Source of the DNA: an uncultured virus (IMG/VR IMGVR_UViG_3300042556_002263)
Taxonomy: Duplodnaviria > Heunggongvirae > Uroviricota > Caudoviricetes
Virus record (IMG/VR): IMGVR_UViG_3300042556_002263
DNA: 64,000 nucleotides
Strand: one strand, 5' to 3'
Shown piece after piece: positions 46,993 to 55,916 of this stretch. Numbering within the stretch: the first letter of the stretch is position 1; each line of letters starts with the position of its first letter. The notes below the pieces were generated by a model. It saw only the letters and a list, made by a program, of their open reading frames with translations. It did not search any database and was not told the origin of the DNA. A program made the translations under genes and the position numbers.

Positions 46993-46997
46993 CTCAA

Positions 46998-47070
46998 GGG
47001 TGTATAGCCCAAAGGCAGAGGCAGGGGACTTAAAATCCCTTCAGTGTGGGTTCGAGTCCCACTACACCCA
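46998..47070 (+). tRNA. tRNA-Leu(TAA), short variable arm
   Basis: cloverleaf, loop cttaaaa. Confidence 0.88.
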
Positions 47071-47071
47071 C

Positions 47072-47146
47072 TGGGGAATGGTGTAATTGGCAACACGGCA
47101 GGTTTTGGTCCTGTAGTTCGGGGTTCGAGTCCTCGCTCCCCAACCA
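47072..47146 (+). tRNA. tRNA-Gln(TTG)
   Basis: cloverleaf with CCA. Confidence 0.92.
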
Positions 47147-47162
47147 TATAAGAAAGGCAACA

Positions 47163-47366
47163 ATGTCAAAATACGACTTCGGTTCAACAGGAATACAAAT
47201 CAAGGGTGGCGATTCATATCATGTCGTGAAAGTGTATGAAAAAGACGAATGGCTATTGCTCAGAAAGAGAGATAACTCATATTTCCAAGCAGCAGTTTTT
47301 TCATCACCCGATGAAGCGCGTTCTTTTGTTAATGCTTGCGATTTAACGCTAGAAAAACTACAGTAG
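47163..47366 (+). CDS. hypothetical protein
   Basis: SD gaaagg, MSKYDFG. Confidence 0.55.
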   Translation: MSKYDFGSTGIQIKGGDSYHVVKVYEKDEWLLLRKRDNSYFQAAVFSSPDEARSFVNACDLTLEKLQ

Positions 47367-47373
47367 CGACACT

Positions 47374-47446
<73 letters not shown>

Positions 47447-47450
47447 CAGA

Positions 47451-47738
47451 TTAGGAAATCATTTCAATACCCTTGGGTAGAACGCGCATACTGCGGGCAA
47501 CACCTTGGGTTACTTGAATCAATTTGTCTTTTTCCATACGGCTTAGAACTTTATGCATGGTTGACGATGATGACAATCCAGCAATCGGCATTATGTCTCT
47601 AACGCTAGGCGCATAACCTTTGCTATCAGAAAACTCGATAATGAAGGACAGGATTGTTAGGCGTCTCTCTGCCTCAATTCGTTTTTCCATATCTGCCCTA
47701 GTTTCATCCTGCTGCAGTCTGTATTTTTTTTGTTTCAT
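47451..47738 (-). CDS. LexA-type DNA-binding domain only (no peptidase domain)
   Basis: IL.FI......GYAPSVRDI....GLSSSST.H..L..ME....I.......RS.RVL. Confidence 0.8.
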   Translation of the reverse strand: MKQKKYRLQQDETRADMEKRIEAERRLTILSFIIEFSDSKGYAPSVRDIMPIAGLSSSSTMHKVLSRMEKDKLIQVTQGVARSMRVLPKGIEMIS

Positions 47739-48069
47739 TTTTGGCCTTTCTCTTGTTTTTCTGGCGAACTAATTTTTGCTGGTAGCGCAACTGGCTGACA
47801 ATTTCTGCCATGTATACAGCGATGTGGTACTCGGGTCCCCAGATGTATGAGGGGTGTAAACCAACTTTTTGGGCGAGTTTTTCTGCTTCGTGGAGCATTA
47901 GTCCATCATGTAACCATCTGGAAAATTGAGCCCTGTCAACACCGATGGCTCTAGCAGTATCGCTAATCGTGTTTTCTGGGTCATACATCTTCATTACTGT
48001 ATGTGCCGAAAGAAGGGGCACAGGCAGAAGGTCAGCGTTAACGGAGAGGATGTCCTCTTCTTCGTTCAT
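47704..48069 (-). CDS. HTH protein
   Basis: ISDTARAIGVDRAQFSRW...GLHPSYIW. Confidence 0.65.
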   Translation of the reverse strand: MNEEEDILSVNADLLPVPLLSAHTVMKMYDPENTISDTARAIGVDRAQFSRWLHDGLMLHEAEKLAQKVGLHPSYIWGPEYHIAVYMAEIVSQLRYQQKLVRQKNKRKAKNETKKIQTAAG

Positions 48070-48281
48070 ATGGACTGCAACTCGATTCCGTACAACTTGC
48101 GGAATTGCGCCTTGATTGCTTTGATTGCTTTTGGCGTTCCATGGGTCATGTAGACCCTTTCCCCAACTTCTTTGGGAGGGTACATTTTGTAAACGCCCTT
48201 CTTAGTGCGTTCAACCTTGAAGCCAATAGCCTCAATCTCTCTTAGGAAAGCATTGAACTCTTTGATGCCGTGATTTCTCAC
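48066..48281 (-). CDS. HicA-like small protein
   Basis: E..GFKVERTKKG.YK.YPP...THGTP. Confidence 0.45.
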   Translation of the reverse strand: MRNHGIKEFNAFLREIEAIGFKVERTKKGVYKMYPPKEVGERVYMTHGTPKAIKAIKAQFRKLYGIELQSI

Positions 48282-48370
48282 CGTGCTGCTCCTTTCGCAG
48301 TGCGGTTAGAAATGTATCTACGGCTTAATCGGGAAACAACCCCGAGGCGAACAAATTTTCGCCCAAGACC

Positions 48371-48643
48371 CTACTTTTTCAGGAAACCGAGGAACTTCTT
48401 GAAAAATGTGGCTTTTTGCTCAGAAATCTTCTCAATAATCTCTGGAGAAATTTCGATTTCTACGATGTCCTCAATCTTGACGACATTCTCCTCAACCTTC
48501 ACTTTGGCTGGTCTTCCTGGCTTTTTTGCCGGAACCTTTTTTGCCGCAGCCTTCTTTGCTGGCGCTTTCTTAGCCGCTGACTTAGTCGCAGCACTTTTTT
48601 TTGCTGGCGTCTTCTTCTTTGGCTGTGCTTTTTTCTGGGTCAT
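48371..48643 (-). CDS. histone-H1-like Lys/Ala-rich protein
   Basis: PAKK/AAKK repeats. Confidence 0.65.
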   Translation of the reverse strand: MTQKKAQPKKKTPAKKSAATKSAAKKAPAKKAAAKKVPAKKPGRPAKVKVEENVVKIEDIVEIEISPEIIEKISEQKATFFKKFLGFLKK

Positions 48644-48714
48644 TTTTCTGTCCTGTGTTGTGATAATTTCAGGTGTACCTTAAAACTATATCACCTATGG
48701 TCTATTGTGTCTGC

Positions 48715-49344
48715 ATGGACGGTCACTACCCAGACGAATTTGCAAAAATCGCATTAGCATTGACATCGGCTCAACTAGCAAAGCAAATGTTTGTTGAAGA
48801 ATCAGGCGTCGGTGAGGATTTGGCATTTAATTTTATCGGCTGGAAAGATGGTCGACTTTTGACAATCACCCAAATGGGCAAGAAGTTCATGAAAGAACCA
48901 CCCGTGGATAGATTGCAAAGATGTGCCTCGATGTTGAGAATGATTCGCGGATTCTGGAATGTCGACAGCATAACGATGGTTGCAGAGGGGTATTGCTCCC
49001 CAGACATAGAGAAGACTCGTGGTCTTGATTTAGCAAAAGCATTCCTTGACGAAAAAAATGAAGTAAGTGAGTGTGTAACAGTTACCCACGCTGAACAGGA
49101 CGATGAGGGTGGAGCGGAAATAACTTTAGTTTCCACTTCATATAAATATCGCCTCAATAGGAGGGCGGTTTTTGAGCCAATAACTGTTTACCCTAACGGT
49201 GCCGTAAACGTCCTTAGAGACAAGAGTTATCCAGCGCTCCTTTACAAAACAGTGAGCGAAGATTATGTGGTAGAAGAAATGGAAGAGGAAGATGCGGCAG
49301 AGGCAATCAATAATCTCGGCTTTCATCTTCAGGTTTTCTACTAG
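48715..49344 (+). CDS. hypothetical protein
   Basis: TATTGT-N6-ATG leaderless start. Confidence 0.65.
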   Translation: MDGHYPDEFAKIALALTSAQLAKQMFVEESGVGEDLAFNFIGWKDGRLLTITQMGKKFMKEPPVDRLQRCASMLRMIRGFWNVDSITMVAEGYCSPDIEKTRGLDLAKAFLDEKNEVSECVTVTHAEQDDEGGAEITLVSTSYKYRLNRRAVFEPITVYPNGAVNVLRDKSYPALLYKTVSEDYVVEEMEEEDAAEAINNLGFHLQVFY

Positions 49345-49418
49345 TCCCCCGTCAGGGAATTGAACCCTGCTGCGGGTGTTTATAAGACACCTTGCGTCAA
49401 CCAGACGCACCACGGGGG
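49345..49418 (-). tRNA. tRNA-Ile(TAT)
   Basis: acceptor cccccgt/acggggg, anticodon arm ggtgt-cttataa-acacc, GGGTTCAATTCCC. Confidence 0.8.
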
Positions 49419-49436
49419 GTATGGTATTATTTGTGA

Positions 49437-49745
49437 ATGTTCACGGGTCGCCCTGAAAAAGAAACACTGCCGGGGAATATAACAGTTCTCCATGCCACCC
49501 GTCAACCTTGTCCTGTTTGTGGTCATCCAACCGGCGACTGTGTCGGAGAAACGCCTCCACCGAAAAAAATTGTTGGCCTTGATGTTGGTGTCATGGAATC
49601 TTTGAAAGACAGCCAAACAATTCTTGTAGAAGAAGATATTTATGATGAAATTCAAATTACTCCCTTTACAAAAGCAAAAATTATTCTTCACCACAAAGGC
49701 TCTTACGTCACACTAGAGCAAGCAAAAAATTTGGGTATTGCTTAG
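49437..49745 (+). CDS. hypothetical protein
   Basis: CPVCGHPTGDC. Confidence 0.6.
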   Translation: MFTGRPEKETLPGNITVLHATRQPCPVCGHPTGDCVGETPPPKKIVGLDVGVMESLKDSQTILVEEDIYDEIQITPFTKAKIILHHKGSYVTLEQAKNLGIA

Positions 49746-49809
49746 ACTGGTTTTACCCGCGCTGCGGCGCTATGATTGTCTATCTCGGAACTTTGAAGCG
49801 GGGTAAATT

Positions 49810-51855
49810 GTGTCTTCTTTTCTTTCATTTAGGCTTACTGAAGATTTTGTTGCTGGATATAGAGATAAAAAATCGCCGTTTGGATACGTTGATGCTGGCG
49901 GAAACTCTGTCGGGGAAATAACTTTCCTACGCACTTATTCACGCCTTAAAGAAGACGGAACAAAAGAAACATGGGTTGATGTATGCGAGCGCGTTATCAA
50001 CGGAATGTATTCATTGCAGAAAGACCACTGCAAGACAAACCGTCTTCCGTGGAACGACGCAAAGGCTCAGGCCAGTGCAAAAGAGGCATTTGACCGTCTC
50101 TTTAACCTCAAGTGGACACCGCCTGGTCGTGGACTTTGGGTAATGGGAACTCCGCTAGTGAATGTTCAAAAGAACTCTGCGGCACTCCAGAACTGCGCTT
50201 TTGTGTCCACTTCTGAGATGAACAAAAACAATCCAGCGAAGCCGTTTGCGTTTCTCATGGAAGCGTCAATGCTTGGTGTCGGAGTTGGATTTGACAATAG
50301 AGGTGCCGAAAAGGAATTCACCATCTACGAGCCAACAAAACCAGTTGTTGTTGAAGTAATCGAAGACAGCCGAGAGGGTTGGGTTTCTTCTGTCGCAACA
50401 CTGATTAATTCCTATTTGAAGCCAGACCAGAATCCTGTTGAGTTTGATTATTCACAGATTCGCCCTGCCGGTAGCCCAATCAAGACATTCGGTGGAACGG
50501 CTGCAGGTCATGCACCTCTTGAACGCTTGCACAAGCACATCAAGAAAATGTTTACTGGTAGGTCTGGTCAGCAACTAACAAAAGTTGACATTGCAGACAT
50601 TGGAAACATGATTGGTGTATGCGTTGTTTCTGGAAATGTTCGTCGCTCTGCTGAGTTGCTTATCGGTAGCATCAACGACGAAGAGTTTTTGAATCTTAAG
50701 AACCCATCTGTTTTTCCCGACAGAAACTCATACAACTCAGAAAATCCAGGTTGGGGATGGATGTCCAACAACTCTGTAGAGACTTCTGTTGGTGCCGACC
50801 TATCCAACATCGTTGAGGGAATAGCCCTCAATGGCGAGCCTGGTGTTATCTGGCTTGACATGTCACGCAAGTATGGTCGTTTGGTTGACCCAGCAAACAA
50901 CAAAGACTGGCGTGTCGCTGGGTACAACCCATGCGCAGAACAGTCTCTTGAGTCATACGAGTGCTGCACACTTGTTGAGACATACCTGAACCGCCACGAG
51001 TCTCTTGATGACTACAAACGCACTCTGAAGTTCGCATATCTATACGCAAAGACGGTAACACTCCTCCCAACCCACTGGGAAGAGACGAATGCAATCATGC
51101 AGAGGAATAGACGCATTGGAACATCAATGTCTGGTGTTGCAAACTTTGCTGACAATGTAGGAATGCCTGTTTTGCGCGAGTGGATGGACGCTGGGTACAA
51201 CACCGTTAAGAACTACGATGTTTCATATTCTGAATGGCTTGGAATTCGTGAGTCAATCAAGATGACAACAGTTAAACCATCTGGAACTGTTTCCATTCTT
51301 GCTGGCGAGTCCCCTGGTGTTCACTGGACGCCAGGTGGTGAGTACTTCAATCGCGCTATTCGTTTCTCAAACGAAGACCCAATGCTCCCTTTGTTCAAGA
51401 TGGCCAACTACAGGGTTGAAAAGGCATCAGAATCACCAGAAACAACCTCCGTCGTTTTCTTCCCAATCAAGTCTTCTGCCAAGCGTTCTGAAAAAGATGT
51501 AACCATCTTTGAAAAGATGTCACTTGCCGCTGTTGCGCAGAGGTACTGGTCTGATAATTCGGTGTCGGTTACAATATCTTTTGATGCAGAAAAAGAAAAA
51601 GACCAAATTGCAACCGTGCTTCATATGTATGACGGTCAACTTAAGACTGTTTCGTTTTTACCACAGGGTAATGAGACTTATCCACAGATGCCGTACACTC
51701 AGATAACACGGGAAGAGTACGAAGAGGCTGCAAAATCCCTATTTCCCATTGACTTTTCTGGGGTTTATGCGGGAATGGCTGCAGATGCAATCGGAGAGTC
51801 TTACTGCACAACGGATGCTTGTGAGATAAAATTTGTCAAAGACAATCAGGGATAA
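49810..51855 (+). CDS. nrdJ: class II (B12-dependent) ribonucleotide reductase
   Basis: RTYSR, PPGRGLW, LQNC, GNVRRSA, NPCAEQ, TVKPSGT, C-terminal CTTDAC. Confidence 0.93.
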   Translation: MSSFLSFRLTEDFVAGYRDKKSPFGYVDAGGNSVGEITFLRTYSRLKEDGTKETWVDVCERVINGMYSLQKDHCKTNRLPWNDAKAQASAKEAFDRLFNLKWTPPGRGLWVMGTPLVNVQKNSAALQNCAFVSTSEMNKNNPAKPFAFLMEASMLGVGVGFDNRGAEKEFTIYEPTKPVVVEVIEDSREGWVSSVATLINSYLKPDQNPVEFDYSQIRPAGSPIKTFGGTAAGHAPLERLHKHIKKMFTGRSGQQLTKVDIADIGNMIGVCVVSGNVRRSAELLIGSINDEEFLNLKNPSVFPDRNSYNSENPGWGWMSNNSVETSVGADLSNIVEGIALNGEPGVIWLDMSRKYGRLVDPANNKDWRVAGYNPCAEQSLESYECCTLVETYLNRHESLDDYKRTLKFAYLYAKTVTLLPTHWEETNAIMQRNRRIGTSMSGVANFADNVGMPVLREWMDAGYNTVKNYDVSYSEWLGIRESIKMTTVKPSGTVSILAGESPGVHWTPGGEYFNRAIRFSNEDPMLPLFKMANYRVEKASESPETTSVVFFPIKSSAKRSEKDVTIFEKMSLAAVAQRYWSDNSVSVTISFDAEKEKDQIATVLHMYDGQLKTVSFLPQGNETYPQMPYTQITREEYEEAAKSLFPIDFSGVYAGMAADAIGESYCTTDACEIKFVKDNQG

Positions 51856-51931
51856 TTACAAACCAAAGCACACCCCTGGTGTATCATTTACCCAGAAGGC
51901 GCAAACAGCGCACTAGAGCACAGGAGACAAC

Positions 51932-52318
51932 ATGTCAGCAATTATTTCACCAGAGACAATCACATTGACCATTCCCGGCACACTCGCTACATCTAGCATT
52001 GTTACCATGGCAATGCCATTCAAGGGCATCATCACTGGCGCTTATGTTGCCGTGACAACCGCTCCAGTCGGCTCAGCCCTCACTGCAGACCTCAAGGTTG
52101 GTGCAGATGTCGCTGCCGCCTTCTCAATCGCTGCTGCTGGCACCTCGGACGAGGGCACGCTGACCGCTGCTAACTGCGACTTCGCAAAGGGCGACCTTGT
52201 TAGCCTCGATGTTTCAGCAGTTGGTTCAAGCACCGCTGGCGCAAACATGACAGTTTCTTTCACGGTAGCCGCATCGCACGATGCAGGCGCTCCGCTCGAC
52301 TGGGACGGCACGCTCTAA
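51932..52318 (+). CDS. small beta-rich virion (decoration-like) protein
   Basis: Ala/Thr/Gly/Val-rich; strong SD aggag. Confidence 0.5.
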   Translation: MSAIISPETITLTIPGTLATSSIVTMAMPFKGIITGAYVAVTTAPVGSALTADLKVGADVAAAFSIAAAGTSDEGTLTAANCDFAKGDLVSLDVSAVGSSTAGANMTVSFTVAASHDAGAPLDWDGTL

Positions 52319-52340
52319 TTCCACACGCCTTCAGTAGTTA

Positions 52341-52368
52341 ACCCCGCTCCTGACGAGGGGCGGGGTTT
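52341..52368. terminator. bidirectional terminator
   Basis: accccgctcc/ggggcggggt between convergent genes. Confidence 0.6.
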
Positions 52369-52386
52369 CTGCTGTAACTAGACAGT

Positions 52387-52839
52387 TTATTTTTCTGTCT
52401 TTTCCTTAGTTGTAGGTCCACCGACAACCCATGCATCGCATGTTCTTTCAGAGTGGCACTTGAAGTCAAACGCTTCACAATACCCAATTTTTCCAGCATC
52501 AATTACATCCCATGCTGAACCGGATTCATTTCCTAGACCACCCTCTATGCAGTTGAGCATCTTTGGTGTTCTCATGAAAAGAATACAGTTACCGCACAGT
52601 TGTTTTTTTGCTTCAGTTTCAGAAACATCCCATCTATTGCCCTTCTTTTTCCAAAACTCATTGTTTGGTTGGCGCGGGTTTAATGGTCCATACGCTGCGT
52701 CGTCGATTGCTTTCTGCCTATTTTTGATATTTACTTTTATATCTTGAGTAGCAGGTGGGCAGCCCTTCTCTGCTTTGATTTCAATTCCCTCAAAACGAAA
52801 ACCTTTTATTTCGCCAGAGTAGTTAGACCATGTACTCAT
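52387..52839 (-). CDS. conserved phage Cys-rich protein
   Basis: CPPATQD...YGPLNP...CGNC...GYC..FDFKC...RTCDAW. Confidence 0.65.
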   Translation of the reverse strand: MSTWSNYSGEIKGFRFEGIEIKAEKGCPPATQDIKVNIKNRQKAIDDAAYGPLNPRQPNNEFWKKKGNRWDVSETEAKKQLCGNCILFMRTPKMLNCIEGGLGNESGSAWDVIDAGKIGYCEAFDFKCHSERTCDAWVVGGPTTKEKTEK

Positions 52840-53531
52840 TTCTTTTTTTTCTTGGCGTTCTGATATCGCTCAAGCATTCTTCTGCCTTTGGCAGCCAATT
52901 TCGCTGCGTCAGAAGCATCCTGTGGAACCGGCTCGCCCCATGCGGCAGCAGATAGTGCGAGTCTTGTTGGCCTTCCTTTTTCGTCCTTCATAGGTCCTGA
53001 TGGGTTGGAGAAGAATCTTGTCAAAAAAGAACCCTTGCGTCTCATTTTTTCTGGCGTATCGGCAGCGCCCCTTACTCCAGGCTTCAGGTTTGCACCCTCT
53101 GTTCTCTTGAAGTGCTTTCTTCCAGCAGCAGTCAAACCGCCCTTGGGGTCTCTAAGTTTTGCAGACTTGGTGAGCCATTCATTTCTTGAATGAAGTCTTG
53201 TTACCTGGTCATTTATTGTCTTTTTCTGCCACTGCTCGCCATAGTAGGAAACGGCAAGCCATTTAACTTGAGCGATACTTCCCGCTGGAGTTGCGTCTTC
53301 AAAGTGTCTCTTAATCCATGACTCTCTTAGTTCTAAAACTTCTACTTGTTCTGGTGTCTCGGCAACACCACCGTTTTCATAGATTGATGTAAGAACTTCA
53401 TGCACATAGTCACCCTTTGTGCCACCGCCAAGAGCCCACAGTTCCGGGTATTCTTCTTTCAGTTGTTGTGCGTATGTGGGGTCAAACAAATCCCACTGGC
53501 TCTCTGAAAATGAAAATATTGAATCAGTCAT
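52836..53531 (-). CDS. phage protein with C-terminal DUF6321-like domain
   Basis: DPKGGLTAAGR......GANLKP...RRKGSF..R. Confidence 0.65.
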   Translation of the reverse strand: MTDSIFSFSESQWDLFDPTYAQQLKEEYPELWALGGGTKGDYVHEVLTSIYENGGVAETPEQVEVLELRESWIKRHFEDATPAGSIAQVKWLAVSYYGEQWQKKTINDQVTRLHSRNEWLTKSAKLRDPKGGLTAAGRKHFKRTEGANLKPGVRGAADTPEKMRRKGSFLTRFFSNPSGPMKDEKGRPTRLALSAAAWGEPVPQDASDAAKLAAKGRRMLERYQNAKKKKK

Positions 53532-53775
53532 TGCTCTTCCCCATGTATGAGTTCATTTCGTTTTTTGTTCTCATCCCCTGAGGCGTATTGGGGTCTAGTT
53601 CTGGTTTATCGATTCCAAAAACTGCCTTATACGCATCTCTGACTGGTGCTTCTGTTTGAAGTGTTGCGGCAAGAACCTTGAAGTCTTCTATTTTGTTGAA
53701 CACATCCGCCATTTTCTTTTTTAGCGCTTTGATGTTTTCGGATTCAGAATTATTTTCGTCGTCAACATGGAGCAT
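53524..53775 (-). CDS. hypothetical protein
   Basis: coupled ORF. Confidence 0.55.
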   Translation of the reverse strand: MLHVDDENNSESENIKALKKKMADVFNKIEDFKVLAATLQTEAPVRDAYKAVFGIDKPELDPNTPQGMRTKNEMNSYMGKSND

Positions 53776-53966
53776 TAGATATCACGCTCCTTCTTTTTTT
53801 CGGCGCGAATCCATGGGTTGTTTGGGTTTGCCCCAGGATTGCTTGTCTTGTTTCTCTCAAGGAAATTTTCATATTCCTCTTCTGAGAATCCCTGTTTTAA
53901 CTCCTCTTCGAAGAACCTTCTCATCTTGAGTTTGTCCTTCATGGTTTCTCTACTCGGTGTCGTCAT
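53775..53966 (-). CDS. hypothetical protein
   Basis: coupled ORF. Confidence 0.5.
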   Translation of the reverse strand: MTTPSRETMKDKLKMRRFFEEELKQGFSEEEYENFLERNKTSNPGANPNNPWIRAEKKKERDI

Positions 53967-54111
53967 AGTCGTCTTTGTCTGTCTTTCTTTTCTTGGGAGG
54001 CAACTTTATTCCGTTGTCCAATGCCCAGTCCTCGTAGTCGTCGGGTACGCCCTGTGAGTCTCTAGCGTATCTTAGATACTCTTCTATGTTGTCTCGTTCT
54101 TTTCTTGACAT
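53950..54111 (-). CDS. 53-aa charged protein
   Basis: MSRKERDNIEEYLRY...; fills gap after capsid terminator. Confidence 0.45.
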   Translation of the reverse strand: MSRKERDNIEEYLRYARDSQGVPDDYEDWALDNGIKLPPKKRKTDKDDYDDTE

Positions 54112-54150
54112 ATATTCACTCTGTTAAATGCACTGAGTTTTTACCATAAT

Positions 54151-54197
54151 AACAGAGAACCCCCCCACCGGAATTAACCAGCGAGGGGGTCCCTGTT
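54151..54197 (-). terminator. terminator after capsid gene
   Basis: aacagagaacccc/gggggtccctgtt. Confidence 0.55.
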
Positions 54198-54211
54198 AGT
54201 AGTTGTTTTTA

Positions 54212-55549
54212 TCAGTCAGGTGCGCCGTCGAAAGTCACCTTAACGAATGACTCTGGACGCTTGACTGCGAGAGCGAGACGCTGCTCGGCGAGGATGACGA
54301 TTGCGTTGCGGACGAAGAAGTCAGCATGCTGTTCCGAGATTCGGATGTTCGCCTGCTCGCGGTCGTACAGTTGAGCACCTGTACCGAATGCGCCGACAAG
54401 TGCGACACCCTCGGTCATTGCTGGTGACTCTACGACTGGCAGACGCCAAACCTTTGGCTCGCCACCGAGAGCGACAGACACAGCGACCAGGTACTGGCCG
54501 TTTGAGTCCTTGGTCAGTTCGATGTCTTCCCAGTCGTTAGGGTGGAGAACCACGCCTGACGGCTCGTAGTAGGCAAGGAACGACAGTGTCGCTGCACGAC
54601 GGATTGCGTCAGCCTTTGTGTCGGCTACAGGAAGGGTTGCACCGTCTGACCAGTCATAGGTCTGGATGCCGCTTGTCTGCAGAACGCCGGTCAGGTTCTC
54701 ACCGTTGCCGTCGCCATGAAGAATCTGAGCGTCCTCCTGAAGACGGAGACCGTACATCAACTCGTTGTCGATGATTGAACGCAGTTGTGGCTCGTCGGCA
54801 AGAACGTTGCGGTGAGCAGCCTCCCAGTGAGCAATGGTGCGAACTGGAGCCTGATGACCCTCGAACACCATTGAAGACTGTGGCTTAGCAGCGAAGTTCG
54901 TGTTACCGGCGTTTCTTTCAGCCACAGTAGCAGCGTTGTTTGTGCCACCACCGACTGAGGTGAAGCCGAGCATACGGAAGTACTCGATGACCGCAGCAGT
55001 TGTGGTGCGGCTTGGGAAGAGGTCGCGAACTCTCTTGACTCTCTGCGGAGGCATCACCATTGGGTCACGCTGTACTGAACCGAAGTCAGCAGCAGCACCG
55101 CGAGCAAGTGTGCCCGAAGGAGTTGTGGTGTAGATGTCCTTGAAACGGAGGTCTGAAGTGAGCGAAGCGCCAATCTGGAAAGGCGAAGGCATGTTTGCGC
55201 CGTTGCGTCCACCGTTAAGAGCCTTGAACTCTGGTGAAGCGAGGAACAAATCGCCGATGCTCTTGTTGCCGATGCCCTTAACCGAGTAACCAGCAGCAGC
55301 GGCAGCAGCAACTGACTCTGCAGGAGCCTGTGAGCCCCAGTTCTCTACGGTGGTCATTGCCTCAAGGCCCTCGATGAGTCCCTTGATTTCCTTGATGTCG
55401 GCCATGTTCTTGTCGAACGCGGTCTTTTGTGAAGCAGAAACGACAACTGTGCCGTCTTCTACGCGGAATGAGTCTGCAATCGCCTTGTTATCGGCCATCT
55501 TGGTCCGAAGGGCTGACTGCAATTCTGAAAGTCTTGCTTGGTCTGACAT
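54212..55549 (-). CDS. major capsid protein, HK97 fold
   Basis: VRTIAHW...LAD.PQLRSIIDNEL.YGL...EDAQIL.GDG.G.NL.G; LHP.DW; F.RN...ILAEQRLAL.V.RP; SD aggag. Confidence 0.95.
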   Translation of the reverse strand: MSDQARLSELQSALRTKMADNKAIADSFRVEDGTVVVSASQKTAFDKNMADIKEIKGLIEGLEAMTTVENWGSQAPAESVAAAAAAGYSVKGIGNKSIGDLFLASPEFKALNGGRNGANMPSPFQIGASLTSDLRFKDIYTTTPSGTLARGAAADFGSVQRDPMVMPPQRVKRVRDLFPSRTTTAAVIEYFRMLGFTSVGGGTNNAATVAERNAGNTNFAAKPQSSMVFEGHQAPVRTIAHWEAAHRNVLADEPQLRSIIDNELMYGLRLQEDAQILHGDGNGENLTGVLQTSGIQTYDWSDGATLPVADTKADAIRRAATLSFLAYYEPSGVVLHPNDWEDIELTKDSNGQYLVAVSVALGGEPKVWRLPVVESPAMTEGVALVGAFGTGAQLYDREQANIRISEQHADFFVRNAIVILAEQRLALAVKRPESFVKVTFDGAPD

Positions 55550-55667
55550 TTTTTTCTCCTGGTTGAAGTTGATTTGTGTTGAACTATTTGGATGGCCCAG
55601 GTAAGCACCAAGCCCTGTAATTGAAAATAATAACGCTATTTATTGTTACGCAGTGCAAGTATTGTGA

Positions 55668-55916
55668 TTATTCGGAATGTTTTTTATCTCTAGAAATAAA
55701 AGGCTTGAAGAGGTCTGAAGTCACCGTGCTTGAATCGACGTCAATTAAATCAAATAAATCTTCAAAAATGCCGTCAATCGTAGGCTTAATTTCCTCAAGT
55801 GCGTCTGCCCGCTCGTCTTGGCCAGTTGCCCTCAAAACAGCAATGAATCGTTCGATTTCATCTATTTTCATTTTCTGAAGTTCAGAAGGAGTTGCTTTCG
55901 AATTAAACGATGTCAT
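55668..55916 (-). CDS. small acidic protein
   Basis: ATGA overlap with 1108-aa gene. Confidence 0.55.
   Translation of the reverse strand: MTSFNSKATPSELQKMKIDEIERFIAVLRATGQDERADALEEIKPTIDGIFEDLFDLIDVDSSTVTSDLFKPFISRDKKHSE

Noticed and set aside
49810..51855. Intein or intron in the RNR
   Set aside because: Continuous frame of ordinary length with no splice-junction motifs.
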